A stretch of 64,000 nucleotides of DNA from an uncultured Candidatus Poseidoniales archaeon (GCA_964645485.1 CAZXZO010000007.1:12609-76608), one strand, 5' to 3'. Numbered from the stretch's first letter, positions 1 to 10,909 are shown. Numbers and translations are program-made. The notes: generated by a model not told the origin, from the sequence alone.

Positions 1-8
1 TTATTCTG

Positions 9-830
9 TTGCCACCGTTTATTTATCAAGTCGTTAAATTGAGGAAAAATGACCCTCAAACATTTTCACGTTTAGGTGAAAAAGATGTGTTGTTAGCAAT
101 TATTGGTTCTTCTATTTGTCTCTGGATCCATTTTGGTAGTTGGGTCTGGTCACTTGACCACACATCCTTGACTCATAGTCTGTTATTCGTTACCGCGCAC
201 CCTCTAGTTATTGTCACGGGGCTTTATTTCCTAGGAAAACAAATTTCGCCCGAGCAGACAAGCGGAGCACTTCTTGGGTTTCTTGGGGTAGGGATATGCT
301 TATTGGGTGTTACAAATGAAGGAGAAGTGACTCTAATCGGTGATTTGGCAGCTTTCATTGGTGCAATTGCCATTGTTGGATACTTAATTGCTGGCAGGGT
401 TCTTCGCGAGTGGATGCCTCTTTTCATCTACGCATTTCCTGTCACTTTAATTGCAAGCATTTTGCTTGGGCTTAGTTCAATTGCTCTCGAAGGTACTTCA
501 CTAAGCGGTTTGCCAGCAGTGAGTTCAGTATTTGGATGGCATGACATTGCTTGGCTACCGGCGATAGTTTACCTTGCACTCGGGCCTGGCTTAGTTGGAC
601 ATACAGGAATAAATGGAGTATTACGTTGGTTCCCACCACTTGTTATTTCGGTCGCGGTTCTTTTTGAACCGTTGATTGGTTCCTTAATTGGTTGGTTCCT
701 TGGTACAACAGAGATGCCCGGTCTCTACACTTGGATTGGTGGAATCTTCTTGATACTGGGTGTGATATTGGTAACAATTGGTCAGGCATCAATTGATGAA
801 TTACAAAACGCAGCAGATGAAGGTGAGTGA
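9..830 (+). CDS. EamA/DMT family transporter, probably 5'-truncated by the window edge
   Basis: Hydrophobic multi-TM protein with DMT-like segments (LLFVTAHPL, GDLAAFIGA, LFEPLIGSLIGW). The frame is open back to the window start. Confidence 0.8.
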   Translation: MPPFIYQVVKLRKNDPQTFSRLGEKDVLLAIIGSSICLWIHFGSWVWSLDHTSLTHSLLFVTAHPLVIVTGLYFLGKQISPEQTSGALLGFLGVGICLLGVTNEGEVTLIGDLAAFIGAIAIVGYLIAGRVLREWMPLFIYAFPVTLIASILLGLSSIALEGTSLSGLPAVSSVFGWHDIAWLPAIVYLALGPGLVGHTGINGVLRWFPPLVISVAVLFEPLIGSLIGWFLGTTEMPGLYTWIGGIFLILGVILVTIGQASIDELQNAADEGE

Positions 831-832
831 AT

Positions 833-1768
833 ATGAGTCATACTATTTTGGTTACTAATGATGATGGAATTAATGCACCTGGTATTACCGCTCTTGTTCA
901 GGGACTTCATGATTCTGGGTACAGGGTGGTAGTTTGTGCACCTGACCGTGAAAGGTCTGCATCCGCGATGCATCTCACTTTACATCGTCAGATGAAATTG
1001 AGGCGTAGAGAAGATTTACTTGAAATCTATAGAATAAGTGAAAGCGGGCCGGAAATTGATTTATTCGATCTGTCAGGCTTTCCTGCAGATTGTGTGTTGA
1101 CTGCGCTTGGTGGAGGGCTTCCGGACAATATTCCGACACCCTCTCTATGTATCAGTGGGATAAATCGAGGACCAAATATGTCCGTTGATGTATTACATTC
1201 AGGTACGATTGGAGGAGCAAGACAAGCAGGAACTTGTGGTCTGCCCGCGATAGCAACTAGTCTGGATACTTTTGAGCCAAACGACTATGCAAATGCTCTA
1301 CGCGCTACTCTAGAATTAGTTAAACAAGTCTGTCAGATTATTCCCGAAGAACCTCAAAACCTTGGCCGAGAAGGTGGAAGTGATACTAAACCAGTTGGCC
1401 GTAATGATGAAGAAATTTTGAGAAATGCATTGATATTAGGTGATATTTATGTCAATCTCAATGTGCCCGTTGGATGGAAAAGAACATTTTCTTCGACCCA
1501 TTTGGGAGGTAGGTGGTATCGAGGAGCCATAGAAATTGTCGGTGACAATTCTGTTGACAGAGATGAATGGGATATTCAATTAGGCGCAGCGAGCATTGAG
1601 GATGAACCCATAAAAAATGGTGATTCTCATCATGTACGATTAGGATTTGCAAGTATTTCTACTCTTGGAACATGGCCTCAAGGACACCCATTAGCGATTT
1701 CAGATGAATTATTGGCAACGGCTTACTCAGGTGAAGGATTCCCTTCATGGCTATTTATTGGTCAATAA
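833..1768 (+). CDS. surE: 5'/3'-nucleotidase SurE
   Basis: ILVTNDDGINAPG, SGINRGPN and SGTIGGA motifs. ATG at 833 follows AGGTGA (821-826). Confidence 0.95.
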   Translation: MSHTILVTNDDGINAPGITALVQGLHDSGYRVVVCAPDRERSASAMHLTLHRQMKLRRREDLLEIYRISESGPEIDLFDLSGFPADCVLTALGGGLPDNIPTPSLCISGINRGPNMSVDVLHSGTIGGARQAGTCGLPAIATSLDTFEPNDYANALRATLELVKQVCQIIPEEPQNLGREGGSDTKPVGRNDEEILRNALILGDIYVNLNVPVGWKRTFSSTHLGGRWYRGAIEIVGDNSVDRDEWDIQLGAASIEDEPIKNGDSHHVRLGFASISTLGTWPQGHPLAISDELLATAYSGEGFPSWLFIGQ

Positions 1769-2369
1769 TGGTATCCAGTAAATGGTGAACCACACCTATT
1801 GCAGTGTGTCCTTGAATCCATTTTTTACCTAGTGAGATAGATTTGGTATATTGTTCGAGAAGTTCGTTTTCATCATCTGTAAATGGTTGGTCATCTGATA
1901 AAATGAATCCGAGTTTCTCTGAGATAGAGGTGTTGTAGAGTTCAGAGAAGTCTTCTGCATCTGCATCTAATTTGACAATTTCAACATCTTCTTTCTTCCA
2001 TTCATTTAGTGTGACTGAGAGGTCTCCCCCAGAATGCCAAATTCCAGGCTGGTGCTCTATCCAGTGGCCACGAGCGGGGGTAGGTTCAAGCAATATTTTT
2101 CCAATTTGACCGGCAATTGCTCGCTCGTCTGGGTGTAGTCCCCAAACCTTATCACCATCAAACCAAATTCTCCTTGGCGGCCCTTCACCACCCATCAGGT
2201 GAATGGTAATGTGGGTATTCTTTCTGATGCCGTGAGATAAGAATAGAGCGGAATTAATTGCTCGGACAATTACATCCATTCTACCTGCGCTTCCGCTCAA
2301 ATCATTCAGATTCAATTTCCCATTACTTGTAGCACGGTGGCCAATAATGGCGAATCTTCTCTCTTGCAA
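1755..2369 (-). CDS. trmY: tRNA (pseudouridine54-N1)-methyltransferase (SPOUT)
   Basis: LNDLSGSAGRMDV, FLSHGIR, LHPDER and ISLG..W..GH motifs. Likely TTG start at 2369 behind AGGTGA; the ORF track starts at 2399, inside srp54. Confidence 0.9.
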   Translation of the reverse strand: MQERRFAIIGHRATSNGKLNLNDLSGSAGRMDVIVRAINSALFLSHGIRKNTHITIHLMGGEGPPRRIWFDGDKVWGLHPDERAIAGQIGKILLEPTPARGHWIEHQPGIWHSGGDLSVTLNEWKKEDVEIVKLDADAEDFSELYNTSISEKLGFILSDDQPFTDDENELLEQYTKSISLGKKWIQGHTAIGVVHHLLDTIIDQ

Positions 2370-2379
2370 ATGTTCACCT

Positions 2380-3735
2380 TCACATAGGCATGTCGACATC
2401 GTCCATATCGCCCATCATATCTTTCATTTGCTTGCGGAGTCTACGGTTTCCTCTTACGCCTTTCATCATTTTACGAGAGCGTTTCCATTGTGCTAGTAAA
2501 TCCTTAACGTCTCTCTCAGTAGTACCTGAACCTCCGGCGATTCTCTTGATTCTCTCTTGTTTGAGGACCAGTGGTTCGTTCTTTTCGTGTGAGGTCATAC
2601 TATCCATGATTATCTTGAATTTTTCAAGGTTGGATTGCATCTCAAGTTTTTGTTTTTTTGACATGTTTCCCATACCCATGAAACCCATTGGCATATGTGA
2701 CATAATTTTGTCAACAGTTCCAATTTTTGACATCATTTCCATCTGTTTATACATATCATTTAATGTAAATCTACCCGACATTAATCGTTCTGCAATTCTT
2801 GCTGCTTCTTCTGCATCTAAGTCTTCGGGGGCGAGGTCGATTAATCCTCTAATATCGCCCATTCCTAAAAGTCTTGAAATGAATCTATCGGATTCGAATT
2901 TCTCAAGGTCTGAAACCTTTTCACCTTCTCCAATATACACAATTGGCGCGCCTGTAGTTGCTACTGCTGAAAGTGCGCCACCACCGCGTGCGGTACCATC
3001 TAATTTTGTTACAATGACTCCTGTTACTCCAACTAAGTCATGGAAAGAGGCTGCAACTGGTCCAGCTGCTTGACCAACTTGAGCATCAATTACAAGGAAT
3101 CTTTCAGTTGCTTTTGCAACTCTATGAATAGCATCTAATTCTTCTTGTAAGCCTTGGTCTAATCTATCTCGGCCTGCTGTATCAATGATTACTAAGTCGG
3201 CCCCACCAACTTCTGCTAACCCGTTTTTCACGATTGTCAACGCATCAGTTTCTTCGGGTTCACCATATACTTCGACAGGGGAATCTGCGAGAAGTTGTTG
3301 TAATTGTGCATATGCACCGGGACGATGGACGTCAGCCTCGATGACAGCGATTTTCATATTGTACTTTTTTCGCCACCATTCAGCTAATTTAGCAGTGGTT
3401 GTGGTCTTTCCTTGTCCATATAGCCCAACCATCAGAATAGTCTGGTTATGAGGGATTATCTCCCTTGGAGTGCCAAGCATTCGAACCAATTCGGTGTAAA
3501 TGATATTCAATGCATGAGTTTGTAGGACTACTCCTGGACGAGGTTCTTCCTCCCTCATCCGTGATTCAAGTCGCTCTGAAATTTCTTTGGTTTGCCTAAC
3601 GTTGAAATCGGCTTCAAGTAAAGCCACGCGAATACTTTTGATCATCTCTGCAAGTTCAGCCTCATCCAACTTGCGTTTACCTTTAAGTGCGGTAATAGCA
3701 CCAAAGATTCCGGCCTTCAGTCCTTCAAGTGCCAT
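2380..3735 (-). CDS. srp54: Signal recognition particle protein SRP54
   Basis: GLYGQGKTTT, DTAGR and TKLDG GTPase motifs plus a Met-rich M domain. Confidence 0.97.
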   Translation of the reverse strand: MALEGLKAGIFGAITALKGKRKLDEAELAEMIKSIRVALLEADFNVRQTKEISERLESRMREEEPRPGVVLQTHALNIIYTELVRMLGTPREIIPHNQTILMVGLYGQGKTTTTAKLAEWWRKKYNMKIAVIEADVHRPGAYAQLQQLLADSPVEVYGEPEETDALTIVKNGLAEVGGADLVIIDTAGRDRLDQGLQEELDAIHRVAKATERFLVIDAQVGQAAGPVAASFHDLVGVTGVIVTKLDGTARGGGALSAVATTGAPIVYIGEGEKVSDLEKFESDRFISRLLGMGDIRGLIDLAPEDLDAEEAARIAERLMSGRFTLNDMYKQMEMMSKIGTVDKIMSHMPMGFMGMGNMSKKQKLEMQSNLEKFKIIMDSMTSHEKNEPLVLKQERIKRIAGGSGTTERDVKDLLAQWKRSRKMMKGVRGNRRLRKQMKDMMGDMDDVDMPM

Positions 3736-3835
3736 GCATCCACCGAACGGTCGGTTACACCCATCCCGTTTGAATGCGCCGGACTAGTAATTGTTGAAGC
3801 GGTGAATACATCAAGAGTCATCATCTCGCCCCACT

Positions 3836-4633
3836 ATGGCATTAGACCTGCCTCAGTATCAGGTTCAGATTCTAATTGCGCTTGGAACCCTCGGTGTATA
3901 CGTTGGTTGGCGAGGAGGAATGCAGAATATGGCTGGATTCTATGATATGCCAAATGCTACCAAACATCTTGCATTTGGGATTGTGCTTGGGGCGTTTAGT
4001 GGGGTACTGATTGACGGGCTTTTCATCAGCCTTGTTGCACAAACCGGGGCAGTTTTAATTGAAACCCTTGGTTTGATGATATTTCTAGGGCTGTTGCAGT
4101 CTCTTATTTTTCACTTTTTACTGTCAAGGGAAAAGGTCAGAATATTGCTTTCTTCTCCGACTTCGGGATGGACAATGGGGCTTGGAATGGGTGCACTGCA
4201 AGCCTCATATCTGATGATTAGGATGGCAGACCCAAATTGGATTGGATTTGTCTCTGGGTTCAACTGGCAAATGATATTGACGGGTTTTTGGATAACAATC
4301 ACTTTGCCAGCCATTGAAGCAGCACTCGGCTCCTGGCAAGGTGCTGCAGTAGTAGACAAAAAGCCACTGTCGGTAATGTGGCAGTCAGGTCTTTATCGGG
4401 GATTCATTCTAATCGTAGTTCTAGTAGGAATAACCGCTCAACCAATTTTATTGCTGGTGTTACCTATTGTGGCGATATATGGATTCTCCCTTGCGGAAGA
4501 AAAATGGTTACCGTCTGCATTAATCCCATCAATCAGGCAGGAATATTATCGTACAGTGCGGAAATCGTCTGAAAGAGCCCGTTTGAAGGCAGAAAGACGC
4601 CATGGGGATGTAGTAAACGAGTCAGAAGAATAA
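3836..4633 (+). CDS. Uncharacterised multi-pass membrane protein with basic C-terminal tail
   Basis: 265-aa ORF with about 7 hydrophobic segments. No family recognised. Confidence 0.7.
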   Translation: MALDLPQYQVQILIALGTLGVYVGWRGGMQNMAGFYDMPNATKHLAFGIVLGAFSGVLIDGLFISLVAQTGAVLIETLGLMIFLGLLQSLIFHFLLSREKVRILLSSPTSGWTMGLGMGALQASYLMIRMADPNWIGFVSGFNWQMILTGFWITITLPAIEAALGSWQGAAVVDKKPLSVMWQSGLYRGFILIVVLVGITAQPILLLVLPIVAIYGFSLAEEKWLPSALIPSIRQEYYRTVRKSSERARLKAERRHGDVVNESEE

Positions 4634-4686
4634 GGTACCAACCCTATCTATTACCTGATGTTAATGGAGAACCGTTATGGGGCTTA

Positions 4687-6267
4687 GTGGCGCAGAGTAG
4701 GATAATGCCGCGATGTCCATATTGTATGGCTCCCACTAGTGCGCTTAACCCAATATGCCACGGATGTGGGAGGGTAATCAGTGGGACTTCTGGCATGGGT
4801 GGGCGAGTTACCCCTTCAGGAGTGCCGAAGTACCATGGTGGTAGAGTACAGCATGGAATGAGCCCAACCGCTCGTGCACATCAAGTACAAATGAAACGCA
4901 AAAAGAAAAAATCAGGAAAACAATTCAAGAATCTTGTTTTAGTGATAATCATCGCTTTTATTTTCCTTTTCACCCCAGCTCAAGAACATGTTAACAAACA
5001 ATTGAGCATTTGGTTAGGAGATTTTTGGAAATCTATAGGACCTTCCCACGAATACCCGACCCATACTGAATATACTCTTGAAAGAACAGTAGAAATTGAG
5101 AACTTTGACTCTGGGGAAAGACAATTCCTCTACCGTTTACCAATTCCAATTCAACGAACCAATAGGGGTGTTGAAGATACTACCTTTGAAAGAAATGGGG
5201 TATCTGATATGGCAATGAATCTTCAATGGGTGAAAACTATGAAAGTGGGTTCTAGTTTTTCGCATATTGATGTTCCAGTTATGACCGTTGAATATCTAGA
5301 AGAATCATCTGCGATATCTTTGGGAGATGGATATTCATCTGTTCACTGGCCGACTTTAGGTGCAAGTGGGGATAGATGTGAATATACGAGGTGTTTAGTT
5401 TGGAAAGGTGATATTCCCGCCAATTCAATTGCAATCCTGACAGTAACGTACGAGATTTCTTCCTCAACCTATTCGTGGACGAGTGGAGAAACGATATCTA
5501 CTCCAATTACTGGCACTGCTCTAGGCATGGATATTTCTAACTCAGGCTCATTTAGTGATTTATCTAGGTCAGGGTGGGTCGGTGCCACGACTTCTTTGAT
5601 TGGAGAAGAACATCAGTGGTATGATAGAAATGAGGGGGGCTCAATTGAGAATTGGGCCGTTGATGGAGACCACCATCTCGTTAAATCTGCTGCGGATAAT
5701 ATTCAAGCAAGTCTTCCTTTGGAGCAACAAGACAACATTTTTGCTTTCTCACATGCAGCATTCATCTATGTTAGAGATAATGTCGTATATGGACCAGGAG
5801 CAGCATATCCCCCTAGAAATGGCCCAACTTGCTTAGCCCAGGGGATTGGCGATTGTGATGAACAGGCAAATGCTTGGATGAGTATTCTAAGAGTGAAAAA
5901 CATCCCAACTTGGTATGAATTTGGTGCATTAACTTCTATGAATCATGAAATTTGGGAAGCCCATGCATGGTCTGTGATTTTAATTCCTTACAATAATGCG
6001 TGGTGTGATGAAAATGGTATCGATTTGGATAGTTGCTACTTAGAAGGTTCAGTAGATGTCGTGAATAACAAATGGTTATTGCATACTCCAACCGCTTTTT
6101 CAGAATTTTTAGAACCATATAGTCCACAAGGAACAGCACCCGATGAATTCTATAAAGTGATGTCCATAAACGCATATGAGTACAATTGGGTTGAGAATTG
6201 GGATACTGTTGTTGGGCCAGATCACCTCGGTCCCACTTTTAAAGTTCCATACGTAACTGGAGAGTGA
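4687..6267 (+). CDS. Membrane-anchored transglutaminase-like (Cys-His-Asp) protein with N-terminal zinc ribbon
   Basis: GDCDEQA...LR...IP, HAW and a downstream Asp. N-terminal CPYC/CHGC, a KRKKKK patch, then one TM helix. Start may be ATG 4705. Confidence 0.8.
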   Translation: MAQSRIMPRCPYCMAPTSALNPICHGCGRVISGTSGMGGRVTPSGVPKYHGGRVQHGMSPTARAHQVQMKRKKKKSGKQFKNLVLVIIIAFIFLFTPAQEHVNKQLSIWLGDFWKSIGPSHEYPTHTEYTLERTVEIENFDSGERQFLYRLPIPIQRTNRGVEDTTFERNGVSDMAMNLQWVKTMKVGSSFSHIDVPVMTVEYLEESSAISLGDGYSSVHWPTLGASGDRCEYTRCLVWKGDIPANSIAILTVTYEISSSTYSWTSGETISTPITGTALGMDISNSGSFSDLSRSGWVGATTSLIGEEHQWYDRNEGGSIENWAVDGDHHLVKSAADNIQASLPLEQQDNIFAFSHAAFIYVRDNVVYGPGAAYPPRNGPTCLAQGIGDCDEQANAWMSILRVKNIPTWYEFGALTSMNHEIWEAHAWSVILIPYNNAWCDENGIDLDSCYLEGSVDVVNNKWLLHTPTAFSEFLEPYSPQGTAPDEFYKVMSINAYEYNWVENWDTVVGPDHLGPTFKVPYVTGE

Positions 6268-6316
6268 ACAGTCAAATGAGAGATGCTCGCCCGATTAAAT
6301 GCCAAAGGGTGCTTCC

Positions 6317-7726
6317 ATGAGGATAGTTATCGGGGGGGCCGGCGAAGTCGGTCGTGGAGTTGCAAAGGCCCTACGCAGTGAGGGTAGAGACGTAGTTCTC
6401 ATCGATACAGACCCTGTTTCCATCAAAGAGGCACAAGCCTTGGATGTCTTGGTGGTGCAGGGAGATGCAACATTACGAGAGGACTTGATGGAAGCCGAAG
6501 TACAAAATGCTGAGGTTTACATTGCCGCAACCCAACGAGATGAAATTAACATGATTTCGTGCGCTTTAGCGCGAGATATTTCTCAACAAGCAGGAAGTTC
6601 CAAATTAATGACAATTGCCAGAATTCATGATGCGAGTTTGATATCTAACGAAGAAATTGAAGATTTGACAAGATGGAGTGGAGTTCAACACGCGGTTTGT
6701 TCTGACTTGCTGGTAATTGAAGATCTAAAGGTTGGATTGCAGGGTGCTTCAATGGTTGAAGTTCTCCCACTTGGGCATGATGCTTGGATATCTGTAGGAG
6801 AAGTTCTTCCTTCGGCAGACAAATTGATTGGCTCAACTATTCAAGAGGCTAGAGATAATGTTGATGGATTACCAAGAATTTTTGGCATAAAAGCACCGGG
6901 TAAGAAGAGCCTTATCCCTGATTCCAACTCGGTTATTGTTGCAAATTCACTTGTTGCTTTCGCAACAATCGGAAAACACACTTTCAAAAGAATTCTTTTG
7001 GCGACTGGGCATGAACCTCCAGATTATCCTGACCACCCAAGAGTAATGATATTTGGTGCAACTAGATTGGGTCGCCAAATAGCAAAATCATACCTAGAAG
7101 ATGGCTGTAGAGTAACTGTCATCAGTGAGAATTTGGAACAAGCAAACGAATTAGCTGGTAGTGATTTTGCCAACACAGACCTTCTAGATTCAATTCATGG
7201 GAATCCCCTAGATGTCGGATTACTCCAAGAGTTAGATGTTGATGAACATCACATTGCGATTTCTGCTTTATCTGATGACCATGCTAACATGGCAGTTGCA
7301 CTTCATGCTACTGAATTAGGTGTTCCTCGAGTGGGGATGGTTCTAGATGATAGTCAAATGGCGCAAATTGCAAGAAGAATTGGTCATTCATTTGCAGTTA
7401 GCCGTAGAAGAGTTTCAATCAACTATATTCTTCGCCATGTTCACAGCAAGATAGAAGGAAATTATCATCTATTATCAACAATTCCAGATATTGTTGGAAT
7501 GTCTGCCGTCTTAGGACCAGGTCACAAAATGATTGGTAATCAGGTAAAAGTGTTAGAAAAGAACCTATGTCGGTTAGCATTTATTCATCGCACATCTCAG
7601 TCTTCTGGAATAGAAAGCATTCTGAGGGCATCTAGTGACCAAATCTTAATGGAAGGTGACCGATTGATGCTTTTCGCTAAAGTGGAAGACATTGAAAATG
7701 TTGAAAAACGACTCACAAGGAGTTGA
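6317..7726 (+). CDS. trkA: Trk K+ uptake NAD-binding subunit
   Basis: Two RCK_N/RCK_C units (IVIGGAGEVG; MIFGATRLG), directly upstream of trkH. Confidence 0.92.
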   Translation: MRIVIGGAGEVGRGVAKALRSEGRDVVLIDTDPVSIKEAQALDVLVVQGDATLREDLMEAEVQNAEVYIAATQRDEINMISCALARDISQQAGSSKLMTIARIHDASLISNEEIEDLTRWSGVQHAVCSDLLVIEDLKVGLQGASMVEVLPLGHDAWISVGEVLPSADKLIGSTIQEARDNVDGLPRIFGIKAPGKKSLIPDSNSVIVANSLVAFATIGKHTFKRILLATGHEPPDYPDHPRVMIFGATRLGRQIAKSYLEDGCRVTVISENLEQANELAGSDFANTDLLDSIHGNPLDVGLLQELDVDEHHIAISALSDDHANMAVALHATELGVPRVGMVLDDSQMAQIARRIGHSFAVSRRRVSINYILRHVHSKIEGNYHLLSTIPDIVGMSAVLGPGHKMIGNQVKVLEKNLCRLAFIHRTSQSSGIESILRASSDQILMEGDRLMLFAKVEDIENVEKRLTRS

Positions 7727-7730
7727 ATAA

Positions 7731-9293
7731 ATGAGAAATGATGTTCTCGCCTACGTGGTAGGTTTGACTCTAATGTTGTTATCAGGTCCTTTAGCATTGA
7801 TGATTATCGTTGGGGCCGTTTTCTTCGGCGACGTAGAATTAACCATGCGCTCGTTTTTGATACCCTTTGCTATTTCCCTTGGCGTTGGTTATTGGCTGAA
7901 GGTTTGGGGTGAAAAGAGAGGTGCTAGTTCAGAACGTCTGCGGGACAGGGAAGCATTTGCTGCTGTGGCATTGGGTTGGCCAGTAGTAGTAATGATTGGT
8001 GCTCTACCATATTGGTTTGGAGGAATGTTTCATGGGCCATTTGAATTGCTTAATGGTGACTCCAATTTAGTAGAGGTTCTGGGGGGTTATGTACGTGCTT
8101 TCTTTGAATCCATGTCAGGTTTTACAACAACAGGTGCTACAGTAATTGACCCTAGAACTAGTCCTGTTTGCCAGCCTAGTGTGCCGGATTGTATCAATGC
8201 GCAGGCCAAGATCCACCTATTGTGGCGAAGTCTGAGTCAATGGCTCGGGGGCATGGGGATAATTATGCTCGGGATGTTGCTATTGGCTCGCTATTTAGGT
8301 GGTGGGATGACAATGGCAAGGGCAGAACTGACTGGGCCTTCACTATCACGATTGAAGCCAAGAATTCAACAGACCGCAAAGATTCTTTGGGGAATCTATG
8401 CATTCTTCACAATTGTAGAAATTGCTTTACTCTACTATTTGGCGGGAATGGGGTTGTTCGACGCCGTTAATCATGGATTAACAACTCTGCCTACGGGTGG
8501 ATTTAGCACCTATGATGCAGGAATTATGTCTTTTGATAGTGTCACGGTAGAATGGATAATTACTGTGTTTATGGTAATAGCGGGGGTTAATTTCAGCCTG
8601 TATCATTTTATCTATAGAGGGGAGTGGAAGGCCGCGATAAAGGACCAAGAATTGCAAGTATATTTGGCTGTATTAGCCCTTGCGACTGTTACAATGGCTG
8701 CTAGTCTTTACTTCTTAGCAGAGTGGGATTTTGGAATTTCATTCCGCCACGCAGCCTTCCAAGCGGCTTCAATTGGGACGTCTACTGGATATGCGAGTTC
8801 AGACTTCGTGCTTTGGCCAACCTTAGCATTGATAATCCTATTATTCTTGATGATAGTTGGTGCGTCTGCAGGCTCAACAGGCGGAGGGTTGAAAATTTTA
8901 CGCTTGAGGATTGCATATTTACTTGCAAAGCGAGAAATTTCTCGGATTGCATCACCTAAGAAAATTCTCCTTGTTAGGCTAAACGGGAAAGTTGTTGAGG
9001 ATGAGAAACTTTGGACAATCGTAGGCATGCTTTCTTGGTGGGCTGTTTTATCAATGGCGAGTATCATCTTATTAGCGATAATCGAATCATCTCTTGATTT
9101 GGAAACAGTAATCTCAGTGGCTATTTCTTCATTAGGTAATACTGGTCCTGCCTTAGGTAGTTTAGGACCAACTCAAACCTGGGCTAGTTTACATTGGACT
9201 AGTCTACTAATAACTTCAACATTGATGTGGTTGGGGCGATTGGAATTACTTACGGTTATTGTTCTACTCTCAATTAGGGTGTGGAAAGAATAA
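7731..9293 (+). CDS. trkH: Trk K+ uptake membrane subunit
   Basis: Four pore-loop motifs (FTTTGAT, PTGGFS, TSTGY, GNTGP) and WLGGMGII. Confidence 0.95.
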   Translation: MRNDVLAYVVGLTLMLLSGPLALMIIVGAVFFGDVELTMRSFLIPFAISLGVGYWLKVWGEKRGASSERLRDREAFAAVALGWPVVVMIGALPYWFGGMFHGPFELLNGDSNLVEVLGGYVRAFFESMSGFTTTGATVIDPRTSPVCQPSVPDCINAQAKIHLLWRSLSQWLGGMGIIMLGMLLLARYLGGGMTMARAELTGPSLSRLKPRIQQTAKILWGIYAFFTIVEIALLYYLAGMGLFDAVNHGLTTLPTGGFSTYDAGIMSFDSVTVEWIITVFMVIAGVNFSLYHFIYRGEWKAAIKDQELQVYLAVLALATVTMAASLYFLAEWDFGISFRHAAFQAASIGTSTGYASSDFVLWPTLALIILLFLMIVGASAGSTGGGLKILRLRIAYLLAKREISRIASPKKILLVRLNGKVVEDEKLWTIVGMLSWWAVLSMASIILLAIIESSLDLETVISVAISSLGNTGPALGSLGPTQTWASLHWTSLLITSTLMWLGRLELLTVIVLLSIRVWKE

Positions 9294-10838
9294 TCAAAAT
9301 AGGGTTTTTTGCCCTTTATCTATTTGGGGTGCAGATTCTTCAATTGGCTCTAGCATCTGTTCATCCTCCTCATCAGTAGTTTTAACAAGAATACTTGCAT
9401 TGTATCTCTCAACAATTTCTTTAGTTGATTTTAGATTACTTCTGAGTCCGTGAAGCAAAGCGTGTTCATCACCATCCAAATTGAGTTCTTTGCTAATTGT
9501 GAAATCGTCGACATCAGTTGTCTCCTCTGATTCGTGTATTGCTGCTAGAGGTGGCCACAATTCTTCTCTTGCTGCTTGAATGCTACAACCTGAAAGAGCA
9601 CTTAATTTTCCAATCAATGCTTTTCTACGCCAAGGCTCCATACCGCGTTTCAAAAATGGTGGGAAAGATAGTGAAAACCTAGAAGTTGGATCATTTTTGG
9701 ATGAAACACTAGCAGATAATGCAGATAATTGGCCAGACCAATACCAACTTCGATATGCATTATTGCTGTACATTGTATGCAATGACTGGTCAGCAATTGA
9801 GCAAGTTTTAGTTGCTCTACTAAGGTCATCTCTACCCTTGAAAACTGAGGAATTATTCCATGAAACCCAAGCAACTAATTCTCTAGGTGTAATTTCAATA
9901 TCTCTCATCATTTCCGCAGCGTCCTTTGCTGTGGTACTTTTGTAAAGTTCTTCTAAGCCGGGGAATAAGTCAAGTTGTTGGTCTCGTAAACCACGACTCA
10001 GTTGAGTCTCAACTGCATCTAAGTCGATGTGATTAAAACCATCCTCGCATATCATTTGTAAATCTCTAACAAGTGCTCGGATATCACCAGGGTTAGCATT
10101 AACTAGCCTACTAAGAGCACCAGGGTCCGAGGAAACTCTTTCAGAATTTAGAATTCGTTTTGCAATTTTCAGCATTGCATTTGAGCTGGCTCTTCGGAAT
10201 TTGACTAACTCTGCTTGGCGCAAGAATCGGTCTCTTGCCGAAGCCCAATTGGAATTGCGCCGACCCCACAATCCCATAGGTTCATTACAAGTCATAATTA
10301 CAGGTTGAGTGGTATTTTTCAGCATTTTGAGAAGTTCGGCTTTACCGCCAGAATCGCCCTTTAGGGATGAAATAGAGCTATCTTCACCTCTTTTTTCTGC
10401 TAGAGAGCCCTCAATCCTTTTTTCACTAGCCTGCCGTAAACCCCCGTGTAAATGGTCAACTTCGTCTAACAGAATCAGTGTCTTTTTCGACCCGCCCAAA
10501 TCAAAGGACCCGTCCAACCCAAATGTGTGGTTTGTTGCCCCTCCACCAGCGGCTTTTCTTATTGAAGCGGCATTTCTTGCGTCACTTGCATTTAGTTCGA
10601 TTACAACCCAGCCGAAGTCTTCAGCGACTGCTCTAACAATGCTTGTTTTGCCAATTCCAGGTGGGCCCACCAGCAGAAGTCCCTTTTTGTCTGGTGTACC
10701 TTTTTTCCACGATTCTAGCCACATCGTTATTCTTTTTCTGGCGGCTTCATTGCCCTCTAAGTCTGCGGCTTTTTTAGGACGATAGCGCTCAGTCCAGTCG
10801 GATGGAATAGTCTGAACCTCGCCCATCAACACCCTCAC
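9294..10838 (-). CDS. rfcL: Replication factor C large subunit
   Basis: WTERYRP, GPPGIGKT, ELNASD and LDEVD motifs, with a long C-terminal region. Confidence 0.93.
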   Translation of the reverse strand: MRVLMGEVQTIPSDWTERYRPKKAADLEGNEAARKRITMWLESWKKGTPDKKGLLLVGPPGIGKTSIVRAVAEDFGWVVIELNASDARNAASIRKAAGGGATNHTFGLDGSFDLGGSKKTLILLDEVDHLHGGLRQASEKRIEGSLAEKRGEDSSISSLKGDSGGKAELLKMLKNTTQPVIMTCNEPMGLWGRRNSNWASARDRFLRQAELVKFRRASSNAMLKIAKRILNSERVSSDPGALSRLVNANPGDIRALVRDLQMICEDGFNHIDLDAVETQLSRGLRDQQLDLFPGLEELYKSTTAKDAAEMMRDIEITPRELVAWVSWNNSSVFKGRDDLSRATKTCSIADQSLHTMYSNNAYRSWYWSGQLSALSASVSSKNDPTSRFSLSFPPFLKRGMEPWRRKALIGKLSALSGCSIQAAREELWPPLAAIHESEETTDVDDFTISKELNLDGDEHALLHGLRSNLKSTKEIVERYNASILVKTTDEEDEQMLEPIEESAPQIDKGQKTLF

Positions 10839-10909
10839 GGCAGCGAGGGGTTTTGAATGTTCATTACTGAATTATACATGAAATGGTTAATCTGTTGATT
10901 AAACTGAAG

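Noticed and set aside
2390-3073. 227-aa antisense ORF over srp54, and many similar antisense ORFs (e.g. 10309-10785, 34645-35112, 55097-55714)
   Set aside because: Ser/Ile/Pro-rich shadows of well-conserved genes on the other strand, with no motifs of their own.
3736-3835. Possible SRP RNA or tRNA next to srp54
   Set aside because: Too short for 7S RNA, and no helix-8 or cloverleaf pattern. No tRNA-like sequence was seen in any spacer.
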